A DNA stretch of 64,000 nucleotides. Origin: Marsupella aquatica. Lineage: Eukaryota; Plantae; Marchantiophyta. The stretch covers positions 13,255,186 to 13,319,185 of the forward strand of contig OZ316895.1 in NCBI GenBank assembly GCA_973895155.1. The letters run 5' to 3'. The notes under the pieces were generated by a model. It saw nothing but the letters and a program-made list of their open reading frames with translations. It did no database searches and was not told the origin of the DNA. Shown in pieces: positions 39,952-59,909 of this stretch (its first letter is position 1; each line of letters begins with the position of its first letter). Position numbers and translations under genes: made by a program.

Positions 39952-40999
39952 AACAGAGACGTGTGCACGTTCTGTAGAGGTACGTCTCTTCTTGAATTAA
40001 GGAACTTCTCATGAGGTTACCTGGAGCTTAGTTTCTAAAGTTTTTTTCTTTTTGGCTAGGGTGGCTAATATCAACTTGTGCAAAGGAGAATACAGGAATA
40101 TTTCTCACCAAAATTTTATAGTTCAACTAGCTCAATACCTGTGCAATGTATGACAGATGTCGTTGCATAAAAGACAACATTGCATAATGTCAAGTAAAAC
40201 TAGCATTACTCATAGACAACATCCACCAAACATAAAATTGGTTGACACAGGAGAAACGTGCTTCACCTCTCCAGAGGTTACATCCACACCAGGCATCCAA
40301 GGAGCACACAAGAAAGCTTTACTGAACTCAATCTAAGCCCATCGACCATACCCAAATTTTCACATACTAAGCTCTTCCTTACTCCCAACTGGCTCAGTAA
40401 CAATGAGTCTTGCTAGTGTAAGTAATAGTTGCACATCTAAACGTAACCAAGCACCTGACTATGGCTCAACTAATTTTTACATAGTAACTTTAGACCTAAG
40501 AGTAAATGTCTAACACAAAATGGTTGTCATTGTGTAAAAGGTATTGTTGCAAAAAAGATGCAAGAAAGGAAACAGTGTCTTCGTGCAAAAGATGTCATAG
40601 AGAAAAAAGATGTTGCTATGTACAAGAAGTTTTTGCATAAAAGATTTTTGTTACAGAAAAATGTCATTCCAAAAAAGTGGTTGTCGCATGTAGAATTCAT
40701 TGTGTCAATGACATCATTGCATAAAAGACATTGTCGTGCAAAAGATGTACTTTAGTAAATAATAATTAGCATGGAAGAGATTACAATGTACCCCACAATG
40801 TACCTACTTTGACATTGTTACAAAAATGTTATCATTTTGATCATTGATGTTGTTGTTAATCTATTGTTGTTGGAATGGCTGAAGATTGAGCATGTGGATG
40901 CAAGATGGGTGACAGCAATCACCGCATTGCCATTTCCAAGCATGGTGATGCAATAGGAGGGAGTATTATTGTTTTTTTATTTTTTTAACTGTTGAAAGC

Positions 41000-41310
41000 A
41001 ATTCCCGAGAGCAGCGAGGGCTGTCCATTCCAAAAATTCAATCAAATGACTTTTATTCTTTTGTGATTGGTTAGATGAAAAGACTCATTCAAGAGACACG
41101 GCTGGTCATCTATGAATATAATTTCCATGTGAATACAGAGATACTTAGGGTTTGGTCAGAGATTATCAGAAAATCTCTATTTACAAGTTTCTCTTGCTTT
41201 TGATCCAACACAAGATAACACAAAAGCAGTAAAATGTCCATTTGCAAGATGTGAAACACTCCGAAATGAAAACATTTGATTCAATTGTTTTTTACTCCCT
41301 TCAAGAAAAA
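41000..41310 (+). repeat. Inverted partial copy of the helicase relic
   Basis: 41040-41165 matches the reverse complement of 42280-42410. 41210-41308 matches the reverse complement of 41783-41875. The shared peptide DVKHSEMK appears in opposite-strand ORFs. Confidence 0.85.
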
Positions 41311-41499
41311 GCCATCGGGATGAAATCAGGTCCAGATATGAATTCATCAACATGGTCCAATGCGATATATATGTTAATGTGCCATGCTCTCCGGGTTCCG
41401 ATAGATTTCAATGAAGCAAAATATCAAGCAAACCTTAATGGCAAAAGATTTATTTGTTGAGAAACACAAGACACAATTTTCAACAAACCACTTCCTTCT

Positions 41500-42440
41500 C
41501 CTTTACAACTCGTTGTCGATAATATTTTAATTGAAAAATACCAAAATGGCAATATTATTACCATGGCATGGCTATTGCTTTCCTTGACAATAAATATTCT
41601 GATGCGGGATAACGCGACAAACAATCTAGGCTATGCCTTTTCTATAACTCTCAATCCCAACAAACCACCAGATGACATAACAAATCATATCAAACTCTAA
41701 CATATCTCCCAGAATATGTACTCATGTATGTTCCAAATTCTAGAATGCTTTGTCTTTGTCCAGACCTACCACAAAAAGTTATTCTTGAAGGGAGTAAAAA
41801 AAGTTGATTCAAATGTTTCATTTCGGAGTGTTTCACATCTGGCCAATAGTTTCCTGCTTCTGTGTTATCTTGTCTTTTTTGCATAGTTAAAGTTCTAATC
41901 ACATTTATGGACATCCATAAGTTTCTTCCGAGATATGTGTCGCTTGGGTCGTATGACGTCTTGTTCATGTGTATTAATTTGTAACTCACCTGCAAACCAC
42001 ATATTCAAATCTTTAGCGTTTAGTGATTCTTCTGCCAGAGCTCTGTAGTACATTGGGTAATCTCCTGGTTTGATAATTGTTCATAGTCACCAAAAAAGAT
42101 CATGTTCATGCTGGTGAATGGTTTGTCTTTTTTTTTCTCTTTCTCCCAGAGCAATTGTGATTTGCTCTGCTATGTGTTTGATGTGACGGTATGCAAGGAA
42201 TGATAGCTTGTCTACAAAACCATACTCTAGATTTCCAACTCGTTGTGTTAAAACCTCAATAGCCTTTTGTGATGTATTAGGTCCTCTCTAACCAAACCCT
42301 AAATATATTTGTATTCACATGGAGATTATATTCATAGATGAACAATCGTGTTTCTTGAATAAACGTTTTCATCTCACCAATCACAAAAGAACAAAACTCA
42401 TTGGATTGACCAAAAGTGAAATTTTGGCTACTCTCGGGAA
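41500..42440 (-). pseudogene. Pif1-family helicase relic, probably Helitron-derived
   Basis: Motifs in order through frameshifts: YGFVDKLSFL (Walker-B IDEISM-like), KPFTSMNMIFFGDYEQL..PGDYPMY (PFGG..GDF.QLPPV-like), LWMSINVIRTLTMQKRQD (L....RQ.D), LFVALSRI (YVALSR). Confidence 0.65.
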
Positions 42441-44599
42441 TAGTTGAGCAGGTTGTCAAAACCTAGGTTTTGTATTGGAGGCACGTGGGTGGCCAAGATT
42501 ATGGTTCCGACATTGGTATGCCAAATATCTAAGGATGGCTAGCAGGGCAACTCCTGTTGTGGTTAAGTTGCCTTCAACACCTTGGGGGTCTCACTGTATG
42601 GAGGCCTCGCCCATCACCTGCAATGTTTGTAGACCTCACACCCCCTAAAATGTAAGAAAAAATTATTTTATAACCCCTACAAAGTTGGAATATTCTCAGA
42701 ATTTCAGAATTTTGATTAAAAAAGCCCTAATATTCTTATAATTCACAAAAAAGCCCTAATGTCTTTCTTAGAAAATTCTTAAGTTTTCACTTAGAACCAA
42801 AAAAAAACTCAATCCTTTGTTGCACTTGATATGCCATTTTTGTAGAAGTGAAACCTCCGAGTTCAACGCAGCTGGGAAACCCTATAATGGATTAACATTA
42901 ATCAAGATTCATTAAAGAGTACTATTGTTCAGAACTTGCTTTCTCCTTTCCTGAACAACAATGTTAGATGTAATTAATGTAGTAGTTGTCATAAGACTAA
43001 GCATTTTTTGGACATGATTTTACTTTTGTACTCAGAGTGATTCATCTTGCGTCATGCTATAGCAAGTCTTGGAGATTTTTCATTCTTACACATGTACACC
43101 CATTCCTAGAATTGCTGCTTGCTGTCCATTGCAGAACTCAATGTTAATCACCCTCGACACAAAAAGTTAGAAATATTTTTTCCCCTTTGTATTTCTTAGT
43201 TAGATTGACAACTTGTTGACTTACCATAAAACTATTCATCAACATCGGCCTTATCTTCGCAGCCACTACTAAATAAGTAATATATATTTAGAGTTTTCCG
43301 AATTCCCAAGAGCAGCAAGGGCGGACCACTTAGTAAACTCAGCTGTGGTCAAAGAAACATTCTATTCATTTGATGATTGATCTGTTAAGAGTCGCAACTC
43401 TTCACCTCTCCCGTTGAAGTAGATCTAGCAATTTTGGAATTGGGATTTGAATTAGAATTTTGAAAGGAGTCAAACTGTAATGCCATTGAAATGAGCTCCT
43501 GGTAGGAGTTGTGGCTTCACTAACAGTCACTCAAGTCACCCTTGTTGCGTTGTCCAATCCTCCATTACTTCCATCACCAATTCTCATCACCCAAGTTTCA
43601 TACCTCAGGCTAGGTATGGTTATCTCACGTGTGTAGCCCCAAGTGACATCATTTGTGGTCTTGTCCAGATTGAACTTTGTGCTTTAAAATCTACTTGGAT
43701 ATGTATCAATTGATTTCATGTATTCCTAAGCCAAAAAAACTCACTTCTAATCACATGGAGCAATACTCGTTGAAGGACACATGATAGAGAAAATACAATG
43801 CCAAAATTGTTTAATCAATCCCCAATTCCCAAAGATTTTACCTTTGGCAATATGTCGCCACATCATTGACCAAATTGATAACCATTACTAACTTTTCTCC
43901 CAATACAACTATTAATAACTGATTTCACTTAGTTTTAACAAAATGTTTGAATATTCATGTAACTTTTCCGCTATGACTTTCTTACTTGAATCTACAAGTT
44001 GTTTATCTGACTACTATAATACCCTATCCCAAAGTGGTGTGTGGTCCCTTTACCAAATCACTTTGGAGGGAACATTCCATGACCATTGGATTTATAACCT
44101 CTTTTATCCTAGCCTTTCATTAGTCAAAAAATAATCTCCCTAACCAAAGGCAAACAAGACAAAGTATTTTGGTGTGCACAAAGATTCTTTAAGAGGGGAA
44201 TGATGACATACCCTCTATGTGAGTGCAGTGTGTTGTCATTGGAATGGAGGCACTCGGGACACCATTATGAGGGGATAGAGACTAGGAGACATAGAGTTCA
44301 AAATAGGGAGGGGAATTAATGATGCACCCATGGGTGAACTGGTGAAGGGATGAATAGTATCATACCCTCCCATAAGTACAAGATAGGGGATGAGACACAG
44401 TGGAGCAAAGAAAGATGAAAATAAAGAAAATAATAATAAGGCAATAAGAGGGAAAAAGATGAGAAAAAGGGACACCCTTGCTTTAAGGGGAGGGGAGGGG
44501 GGTCCGGCAAGAAGGGAGAGGCAGCCCAAGAGAAACTGGAAGATGAGGCCATGAGGAAAGGTGATGTCACCTTCCACCTAGGGTTGTGTGAATATGCCT

Positions 44600-45290
44600 T
44601 CTTATATTGCCATCACCTATCTTTTGCGACAATAATTTTTTGACATGGACATCTATTACGCAATCACATCTTTCATGCAATGACGTCTTTTTTGCAATTT
44701 ACAAATATTGAGCATGACCACAACAACTGCATGGTTAGGATTACACGTAACAAATTTCAATAATTACATTGCAAAACCTATATTTTATTGCCTTGCCATC
44801 TTGCCATATTTTCTCACCTTGATATCTCTCGTTACAATATATTTTCTCCCCTCGACCTCTTTTGCAGTCCTCAACATCATTTTCTCTCCTTCACATTTTT
44901 TCTCACCTGAATATTTTATCTTTTTATCATCTCACCATCTTTTTCTCACCTTCACATCTTGCCATGTTTTTTTCATCATGACATCTTTATCTCATCACAA
45001 CATCTTTTGCCCCCCTCAACATCTTTTTCTCACATTAACAACTTTCCTCACCTTATCATCTTTTTTCTCCTTGACATCTTTTCTCTCCTCGACATCTTTT
45101 CTCATGTTGACTTCTTTTATCCCATCTCAACATCTTTTTCTCACCTTGACGTTTTTATCTGATCACAACATCTTTTTCTCTCCTGCACTTCTTTTCCTCA
45201 CCTTAACATCTTTTTTCACCTCGATTTTTTTTCCCTCATTTTGATATCTTTTTCACTTCAAGCTCTTTTCTTCACCTTGACATCTTTTGT
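44600..45290. repeat. Degenerate pyrimidine-rich satellite (gacatctttttctcacctt-like units)
   Basis: Many copies of catcttttt(t)ctcacctt; these explain the F/L/S/T-rich spurious ORFs. Confidence 0.75.
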
Positions 45291-46335
45291 GCAACCCACA
45301 AACATGGGGCTTGTTTACTTCTAAAATAGTACCTTTCTACTTCACAACCAATACTAATATTCTTATTTTTGAATTAAACTTAGTTTTGCATTCAATTATA
45401 TTTAGTTCATTTTGGGCTTGTAGACATTTGAGATAGGAGAGTGACTCGGTAGATCCCATGGTGCCAAAAACATAAGATTTTGATGAAGAGCCAAGAGCAA
45501 CTCATGCTTTTTTCTCATTCTGTAAGCAATTTCTTTTAGCTGGATAGTGTATTATGGTGTTTGATTCGAGACCATCAAACATTCCTAAATTCAAGGGTAA
45601 CCATCAAAATTTGGATAATGGGGTTGTGGCTGGGCCGTGCCCATCAAAGACAAAATACCTAGAGGGTCCTAATTTATGCAACAAAGGCCAAAACTTTAAG
45701 CGATGTGGAATCTACAGTAGGGAATTCTTGCCACTATAAAAGAAGACGGTAGTTACCATGGCATCTGCAAAGGTCACATTCACTTGCTAAGCATACCCTT
45801 CCCTGCATATGATTGCATTCGATTTTAGAATTAACTGTGGAACGAGATAAATTCACTAATAATGGTGAACCTCGAGAATTGTGAAGTGAATGAAACTTTT
45901 TGCTCAATCCTTTCAATGACTGAAGTATGTACAGTCATTGGCAAATCACCTGCTCCTACGTTACTGTGACATGAACTAATTATGTTCCAACACATACAGA
46001 CTGTCCGTCTCAACTCAACCCCATTGTGGGGGCACCTACTAAAATCCTAAGTTTCATGTCGAGGTTCACTTTCAGTCACTTCATGCGTTCGTATGGGATA
46101 TGGTGGAAGGCAGTAATTTTTACTTGCAAAACTCAGTGGGCTAGCGAACTTGCGTAAGCGATACAGAAGACTGACGTGAGTAACATATGAAAGTAATTCT
46201 GGGACAATTCAACCCATAGAAGAGTTCCTTGGGGTTTCTGAGCGAGACCCTCAACTTGTCTGTGACGATTTCGCTTAGACTTGGTTTCTAAGTGCTCTGG
46301 CGTTCTTATGGTTAAACTTTCTCAACGCGTGGGTA

Positions 46336-52666
<6,331 letters not shown>

Positions 52667-53229
52667 CTTGTTCTTCTGTTCCTCGGCACAATCCACACAA
52701 AGGCGCCTCAACAAACCAGAGCGAGAGAGGACATCGACGAGCAAAACCTGGCGAGAGCGCTGCTGCTTCTTCTCCGACCCTCTCTCGATTCGACTCAATC
52801 CGAAGAGCGTCGATGCGATACAATCGCAATTGAATTGACCGGTCGGTCAGCTCGAGTACCAACGCAGAGTGCTCCGCATCGAAGCCTGCCGACGACGATT
52901 GCAGCACAGTGCTCTGCCTCGACTGTATCGTTGATAAGTTCCTGTATTTCAGTCACTGGCTATCCGTATCTATAATTCTACATACCATATATAATCATTT
53001 AATGCGAGTAATTTGCTTGATTAGATTCCAGAATAAATAAATGGTGTTATTTCATAGTAGCCCTGAGTGATCCAGATCGTTGATTAACTTTGAATCAATG
53101 TACTCAAAATTTCAAGGTCCTATTAAATAAGGTAATTCATTTTGGGGTCTAATAAACAAATCACCCGACTTAATTCTGATTCTTCCTTTTGTATTTTAAC
53201 TGCCTTCTTGGATTGAAGAATAGTACCTT

Positions 53230-53338
53230 GTCAAAATTTGGATCCACCTCTTCAGGAATATTGTTAACCTATTCTTACTAATACCCCTGTCAAAATTTGG
53301 ATGACCTATTCAGCAATTTTGTTAACCTATTCTTACTA
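53230..53338. repeat. 58-bp tandem duplication upstream of PFP-beta
   Basis: tgtcaaaatttggat...ttgttaacctattcttacta occurs twice (~53230 and ~53288). Confidence 0.8.
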
Positions 53339-53372
53339 CCATCAGTAAATGTGAAAACATGCAGTAGTGCCC

Positions 53373-53505
53373 TTTTTTTCTTTTTTTCTTTTTAATTTTA
53401 AGGAGAAATTTATGAAACTCCACAGATATGGAATAGTTAGTCATAACACTTGAACCCAAGACCTATTACTCTTCACTCATATGAGCTACCACTCAGCCAT
53501 GTCTC
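53373..53505 (-). mobile_element. tRNA-derived SINE-like remnant
   Basis: Minus strand shows A-box-like TGGCTGAGTGGTAG, B-box-like GGTTCAAG about 30 nt later, then an A-rich tail (T-run at 53373-53393). No intact cloverleaf. Confidence 0.4.
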
Positions 53506-54177
53506 TTTGGGCTGCAATAGAGCCTCTTTAAAACAAGAAAACATGAATGTTTGTGAAACACAATAATGCATGTAAACTTTAAGAATATACTAAGCATCTT
53601 GTTGAAATCATTCGTCTACCTATTCTTTATTTTACAAATTAAAAATTTCAGAATAGTATCCAAAGCATCTTGGTGTAAATACTGAAGTATCACTGTATAC
53701 ATTATTTTTAAAGTAAAACTAGTAAAACAGCATAATAATATTCTAGCGTGCGTTATTCACTGAAATAAAAATATAAATAAAATTTCTACCGCTGATATTA
53801 AATTAATTAAATTTTCGCGCTTGAGAGGGAGTGCAATGTTCACATGGGCAAGGGTGAACAGTAACCGTGCTATACGGGCCTCTCGCGCCATACACTTCCG
53901 GATAGTGTAATATAGTAGTGCTTGAATACTGTATAATGGTACTCCGTACCAGAATAATTTACGGACAAAGCACCGAAAAGCACGGGAAAGATACGATATA
54001 ACTACAGTACATTTACTCACCAAGACTGCAACGTCAGCAGGAAGAACACAGCAAACAATCATGAATCATCAGCCAGATGATGTCACCTAGCGTGCGGTCA
54101 CGTTCGCAGAGAGGCTGCGTTTTTGTTTTCTGGAAGTGATATCTGTAATCCATTTATATATTGTTTCTTCTTGAGAT

Positions 54178-54796
54178 TACAGGGTGTTAATTAATGTGAC
54201 TAATATTAATTCGAGAACGGTCAATTTTTAGTGTCTCCTTGCAAATTAGTGTTAGTCACATTAATTTTGTGCTAACACTATTCACATTATTTCTGTGCAT
54301 GTGAACTAGTGTTAGTTTGCTCCCAAGAGTGAAAAGATAGAGGGGAAAAAATTATTCAGAAAAATTCACAATAATTACACAGTGTTAGTTTTGACTTAAG
54401 ATCATCCGCAAGGCAACTAGAGAAGGAGGAGACAAAAGCACACGAGCCCCTAATATTTCATATCAATGCAATAGAAATTAATCTAATATGATTTATGCCT
54501 CCGCATTCCATGATGAATATACAATTTAGCCACAAAATCATGGTCCCTTTGATGGAAGTGTACCTTACCTATTCCTCTACCACCTCCTCAAAATCAAAAA
54601 ATATTTGAATTTATGAACATCAAATTATTGCAATTAAACTCAAATTTTGGGAAATATGGTCCATGGTGGTGAAAGACCAACTTTGTGCGTCCATGGAAGC
54701 ATATTGTTCCTCAAAGTCACTTTTATATAGTGTTAGTAACAATTATTTTGTACTAACATAAATGATTGCATAACACTAATTATGGTGAACACTGTA
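54178..54796. mobile_element. Second copy of the MITE-like family seen at 5570-6162
   Basis: Right end tgcataacactaattatggtgaacactgta matches 6133-6162; its reverse complement matches 5570 onward at 21/24. Shares taattaatgtgactaa and aattagtgttagt motifs. Confidence 0.6.
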
Positions 54797-57333
54797 GATG
54801 AATTGAGTATTAACCCCCGATTGACTAGGGGTCTTATTTGCCTATGGCCGTATACTGCCTGAATTCATCACTCAATTAAGTGATAGACTGGAAGGATGCT
54901 TCACTTTTGCTAAGGATATCTTTACTAGTGTATTTATTTGGATAATTTCTGGATTTTTGTTAAATCTCAAATTTTCCAGCATGTTCTTTGATGTCCAATT
55001 AATTCTCTCACAAAGTTTGAGATTTTTCAGAGATCATATGCTCCATTTCTGATGAGTGCAAAAATGGTCAATATAATAAACTAACTGCCAACAGACATTT
55101 CACTTTTATGATTTAAGGATGCTTTTGAGTAGTTCACGCATGAGCACCTGCATGAGCAACAAGTTACCACTTTGGGAAGGGTGCTTTAATACTATGAGAG
55201 ATCCCCTGTCTAAGAAATTTGGGCATGGGGAGCGACTTACAACGGGATGAGCTAATTAAAACCTGATGCAAACAGACAGGAGCCTGTTTATAGCTCAAGT
55301 TTCAGTCAAAGCCATAAAAGATGCTACTAGAGTCTACCCTAGATGTTCTGTGCCAGTCCATCCAAGCTTTGGAAATCCATCTGAGCTTTACTTTCAGACT
55401 AATTAATGACCGTTAAATCTTCATATTACATTTGAAGATGAATGCCAAGAAAGATCCCAAGGCAAAAAATCCAATAATCGGGAAAATTGAGGAATAAAAC
55501 CAGGAAAATCAAAGAGCAAAAAAATAATCTCATAGGAGGGTTGCAACTACGGATTTGACTTTATACCCTAAACCAACCGCCTCAGCAGGATGAAGAATAG
55601 TGATTGTCTGAGGGCACTCTTGATCAACTGACACGCTCTGGCAAAAGAAGCCAGTGAGGATCAAAAGAAGGAGGCAAAGCCATTGCTCTACACAGAAAAA
55701 AATTGCACAGAGAGTTTAGGGTTGAGGGTTTAGGGTTTCAAAACCTTATTCCTCACTCCTGTGGCCACACCTAATGATATGGAATCCTTGTGGGGCCAAT
55801 GACTCTCCACAAACACAAGGGGGCTGGCCCAGGAAGCACTTGTGTGATCTGTATGGCATAATCATTGTAATGCCTTTCTACATGAACTTATTTGAAAAGC
55901 ATGTAGAAGTTGTGTTAGAATATCTAAATTTATGAAAACAACCAGCTGGTATAAAGCTATGTGAATGCCTATGGATTTATTGTGAAGTTTCAACGGTGAA
56001 CAGGGGGGAAATTGAAAGAGAAAATAACAAATACACCAAAATATCAGTGTACATCTAACTAAATGCTTACCATATTCTAGTTTTCTTCCCAGGTTCACAA
56101 AAGTACCCCTGGAATTGTCATTTGGGTAAGAATTTCAAAGATTATTCAACTATTATTTGGGTGAGAATTGTAAAGTGAATGCCTTGTCTATTGCAATCCT
56201 ATGTTGCTGAGGAGATGTGAGTATACAGGAACACCACTGGATTTCAACTCTAGGTGGGAGTTGCTGTAGACTCAGTCAGGTAAGCTCATTCTTTAGTCAT
56301 GGGTCTTAATTGACCGACCTAATCACTGACCATAGTTGATTTTCCTTGTCAATGCAATAAGTACTCAATTGGAGAACTTACTTTCCCATACCGCAGAGCT
56401 TGGTGGCACCATCGAACAAGGAAGAGAAAGTCATTTCTGCATGGTGTTTTGATTTATTTTTTAGCCATGCGGACTATGTTGGGAACTAAGAGATCTTTTC
56501 TACTTAGAAATCTTCCCTAGTACTTTGCCCTAGTTTTACTACACTTTGATTTGAGTGTGTCTACTGGACTCTCCACAACTGACCTTGTGTCTATGACAGG
56601 TTTTTTTTCTTCCAAACTTTGACACACACTATACAATAATTGAAATCCAGAAAAGCAATAGTCATCCATACTCTATTCACAAGAATCTCTTCAATCACAT
56701 TCTTTTAGGACCAAATGGCAATCTTGTTAAAAAACCAAACTAAACAATCTTGTTATTACCAATATTAAATTACTTTTCCTCCTCCTATAAAGGTCATCAC
56801 TCTTGCATGGTAAATCTCCTCCAATCTATTCATGATGAACCAATGCAACTTTGTTTTTTAAAGAAAAGATTCCATGAACTTTGAAGTAATCGCAAAGTTG
56901 GACTGGTGAACATTAATATAAAAGTGCCAACTCTGCATATTGCTTGTCTCAAAGTCAAGAGTACTCATCCTTGTCAAACTCTCAATTCAACATGTTTGGC
57001 CAAGTTGGCATATTAGTCCATGTGTAGACAACCTTGATACACAGTCTGGGAGACTGTTTTACATACAACCCCAATTTAAGGAAAACCGAACTTTGGAAAT
57101 TCCGAAAATCACTAAATATTATTATTTTAATAAAAAGGGGGCGACATGACGCGTGGCTGCGCGTGAAACCCTGAAAATGACTGCAACGTCACATTTTTAC
57201 CAATCCAACTTGACGGGACCAAGAGACATGCTCACGCGAATAATAATAATAGAGAAATAAATCTTTGAGATCCTTTATATATGATAACCAGTATATAAGG
57301 AGTTTACAAATAGTTTCTAGAACGACATACAAA

Positions 57334-58050
57334 TTAATCTGATCTCATGCCGACTATTATTTTGGAAGCGTCCAAAATTGGGCATCTGTTAAATTGCTCT
57401 ACTAGATATCTATCTCCATGCCTTTGAATCACAGGGTCTTCCCATATAGTATGATTATAATCATAATCTCTAAAAATAGATTTAACTGACCAATCTGGAT
57501 AATCTCTTCCATTGGCAATGACAAGCGGCTCACAAGAGTTTGCTAGCTTGCTAAGATACGGAATCAGCAAGCTAATCAAGAAACTGTCGTCGACCGACCC
57601 AAAATATTTGGGCGGAAATAATGATCCAACAACAGGATCTAAACAAGCATGAAATGCATCGGATTCGATAAGCATTATATTTTGCTGCAGATACGCCTTC
57701 GTATAAATTCCAATCTTCTCAAAACACTTCAAAAATATTCGCTTATTTGATGTCACCCCATCGCATAAGTAACAATGAGACTGATCCCAAATATACTTAA
57801 ATGAGGCCATTTCCATCGCAGTAAAAATAGATGCTAAAATCTGATCTAAAAGGTTCTTCCCAAGAGAGGACCAGATCCCTACATCAAAATTCTCAAAACA
57901 GAATCTCAAGAATTCGTGAAGATGAGGCCTTGGAAAAATGTATATATTCCCAATCCGAATTCCAATTGAGACCGCCATCAGTCGGGAATGCGATGCAGTG
58001 TAATAGAGTAGATGCTCCATGTCTAAAACTATGAGCCCATTTTCTCTGCT
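57334..58050 (-). CDS. FCP1/NIF-like domain, copy 3
   Basis: LIVLDMEHLL, FPRPHLHEFLRFCFENFDVGIWSS, YIWDQSHC, FLKCFEKI, NIMLIESD, DDSFLISLLIPYL. Confidence 0.8.
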   Translation of the reverse strand, partial: SRENGLIVLDMEHLLYYTASHSRLMAVSIGIRIGNIYIFPRPHLHEFLRFCFENFDVGIWSSLGKNLLDQILASIFTAMEMASFKYIWDQSHCYLCDGVTSNKRIFLKCFEKIGIYTKAYLQQNIMLIESDAFHACLDPVVGSLFPPKYFGSVDDSFLISLLIPYLSKLANSCEPLVIANGRDYPDWSVKSIFRDYDYNHTIWEDPVIQRHGDRYLVEQFNRCPILDASKIIVGMRSD

Positions 58051-58214
58051 GCAATGAATCTCTTGTAAAGAAACACAAGAAGATGCATGAGCCCGTATGG
58101 ATGTAGTCACGCGAATGGTCGCGTCACATATTACAGAGAAAACATCCTCTACACTCTGGCCATTGATAAGTGACGTCTGTTGAAGTGCTTGATAAGAACT
58201 TGATCCGCATGTCT

Positions 58215-58792
58215 CTACACGTACAGATGCTCCCATATATCCTCGTTTAGATCCCAATCTCGATATAGATTTCTAATCGACCAGATGGGATAATTGAACT
58301 TGTTAGCGAACGCAAGACAAAGCCCTGAATTTGATAGCTTTCGTAAATATGGAATGAGGTCATCCCTCAAAAAGACATCATCCAACGATCCTTGAAACGA
58401 CTTAGCGAACAATAATCCGCATACAGCTATCTGGCATGTATGGGAAGGACAAGCATCAATCTGGATTATATTCTCTGGTCGATAATCTTGAAACATATCA
58501 CGTAGTCTCTCGATAGATTTGAAGACAACAGTCTTATAATTTTTCTTTACATAACCAAGATTCCAGCAATGATCCCGCGTGAACACATATATCAACTGCG
58601 ACAGGTCGGTGCTCCACAACACTTCTGAAAGTATCTGATAAACCAGTTTATCGTCGAGAATAGACCAGACCATAGAGATCCGATACAAATTTCGGGTGTC
58701 GACTTGAGCTGAGGAGTATATTTTGAAACAGAGCATAGGAAGTTTTCCAGTCCTAAAACTAGAAGTTGACGCGACCTGCTCCACTTAGACAC
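58215..58792 (-). pseudogene. FCP1/NIF-like domain, copy 2 (frameshifted or internally deleted)
   Basis: LLVLGLENFL in one frame, then SMVWS, YVFTRDHC, FKSIERL, NIIQID, DDVFLRDDLIPYL in another. The stop falls in V*RHAD, where copy 3 has IQRHGD. Confidence 0.7.
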
Positions 58793-58917
58793 CTGTAAAT
58801 GAACAATTCGATTCTCATATTATGCAATTGCAAACAACCACGCGACCGGGCGCGTCACTCCCAAAAGTTCAATTTCAATCAATTTATAAATAATAATTGA
58901 TAATAAACAATAAACGT

Positions 58918-59688
58918 TTACTTATTGGACTTATCCCGGGCTTCTATAGCACGGTCTTTCTCGGCAGATAAGTATTTCATAAATTCGTCAAACTTTTCTA
59001 AATGGTCTTTATTCCCCTGATTACGAATGATCACGTTTCTCCTCCAAAGATTCGTCTTATCAATATAATCTTTCTCAAGATTTTCTTGAGAGAACGGTGG
59101 AATCCCATATCCACTAAGGAGCTCGCGGAATATCAACTTGTCAATTGACATGTCGCATAGATATGGATATAGTTTCTTTCTAAAAAATAGGTCATCATCA
59201 AGCCCAGAATATGCATTGGGATACAGCGATGAATAGAAGTCATTAAGGCTCATCTTATATGCAGCGTCATCGATAAGAATGACATTCTTGATGTTGTAAT
59301 CTTTAATATCGGCGGCAATGTTCGAGAGACATTTGACAAATAAAGGGATGTCATTATTATTCTTCCCAATAAGTCGAGTTGATTCTTGTCCCCATATAAA
59401 TTTAATACGTTTCAAAACTTTGGGTCGAAGTATCAGCCTTACACAAGATAGAATATTCCGTTTGAACATGCACGACCAGATCACAATGTCGTATAGATCT
59501 GCCACCTTCTCAAGAAATTCCATTAAATCAGGCCTTGGATAGATAACCTTGTGCATCTGTCTCACACCCCTTGACCGAATGGGTATCCCAGGGCTGATCT
59601 TCTCTGACCAGATAAGTACCCGATTTAGATCGAAAATTACAAGTCTCTTCTGAACCGGTGACTTATTTGCCGATGGATTAGGCGCCAT
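58918..59688 (-). CDS. FCP1/NIF-like HAD phosphatase domain, copy 1
   Basis: LVIFDLNRVL, YPRPDLMEFL, DIVIWS, FIWGQE, FVKCL, NVILIDDAAYK. Confidence 0.8.
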   Translation of the reverse strand: MAPNPSANKSPVQKRLVIFDLNRVLIWSEKISPGIPIRSRGVRQMHKVIYPRPDLMEFLEKVADLYDIVIWSCMFKRNILSCVRLILRPKVLKRIKFIWGQESTRLIGKNNNDIPLFVKCLSNIAADIKDYNIKNVILIDDAAYKMSLNDFYSSLYPNAYSGLDDDLFFRKKLYPYLCDMSIDKLIFRELLSGYGIPPFSQENLEKDYIDKTNLWRRNVIIRNQGNKDHLEKFDEFMKYLSAEKDRAIEARDKSNK

Positions 59689-59909
59689 CTGTACCTATGA
59701 TTTTTGTGCCGCAGGGTTTGGAGAACGTACTAGAACGGTCTGTTTGTTTCCCGCCTCCGGACGATCACCGGACTTCCGGACTGGTGCCTTCGATACTCGA
59801 TCAGGGGGTTTCGGGATAGGCTTCTGTAAAACATTAAGAAATGAAAATAAGTTTATAACGCGAACGGTCGCGTCACTACAAAGAGAGACACTGAAATGAA
59901 GTGTATTAC

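Noticed and set aside
44236-45244. Hydrophobic membrane-protein-like ORFs
   Set aside because: Products of pyrimidine-rich low-complexity repeats.
53435-53505. tRNA gene
   Set aside because: A/B-box-like motifs are present but no acceptor or anticodon stems can be formed; listed as a SINE-like remnant instead.
55713-55738. Interstitial telomere (tttagggttgagggtttaggg)
   Set aside because: Only about three imperfect units; too short to call.
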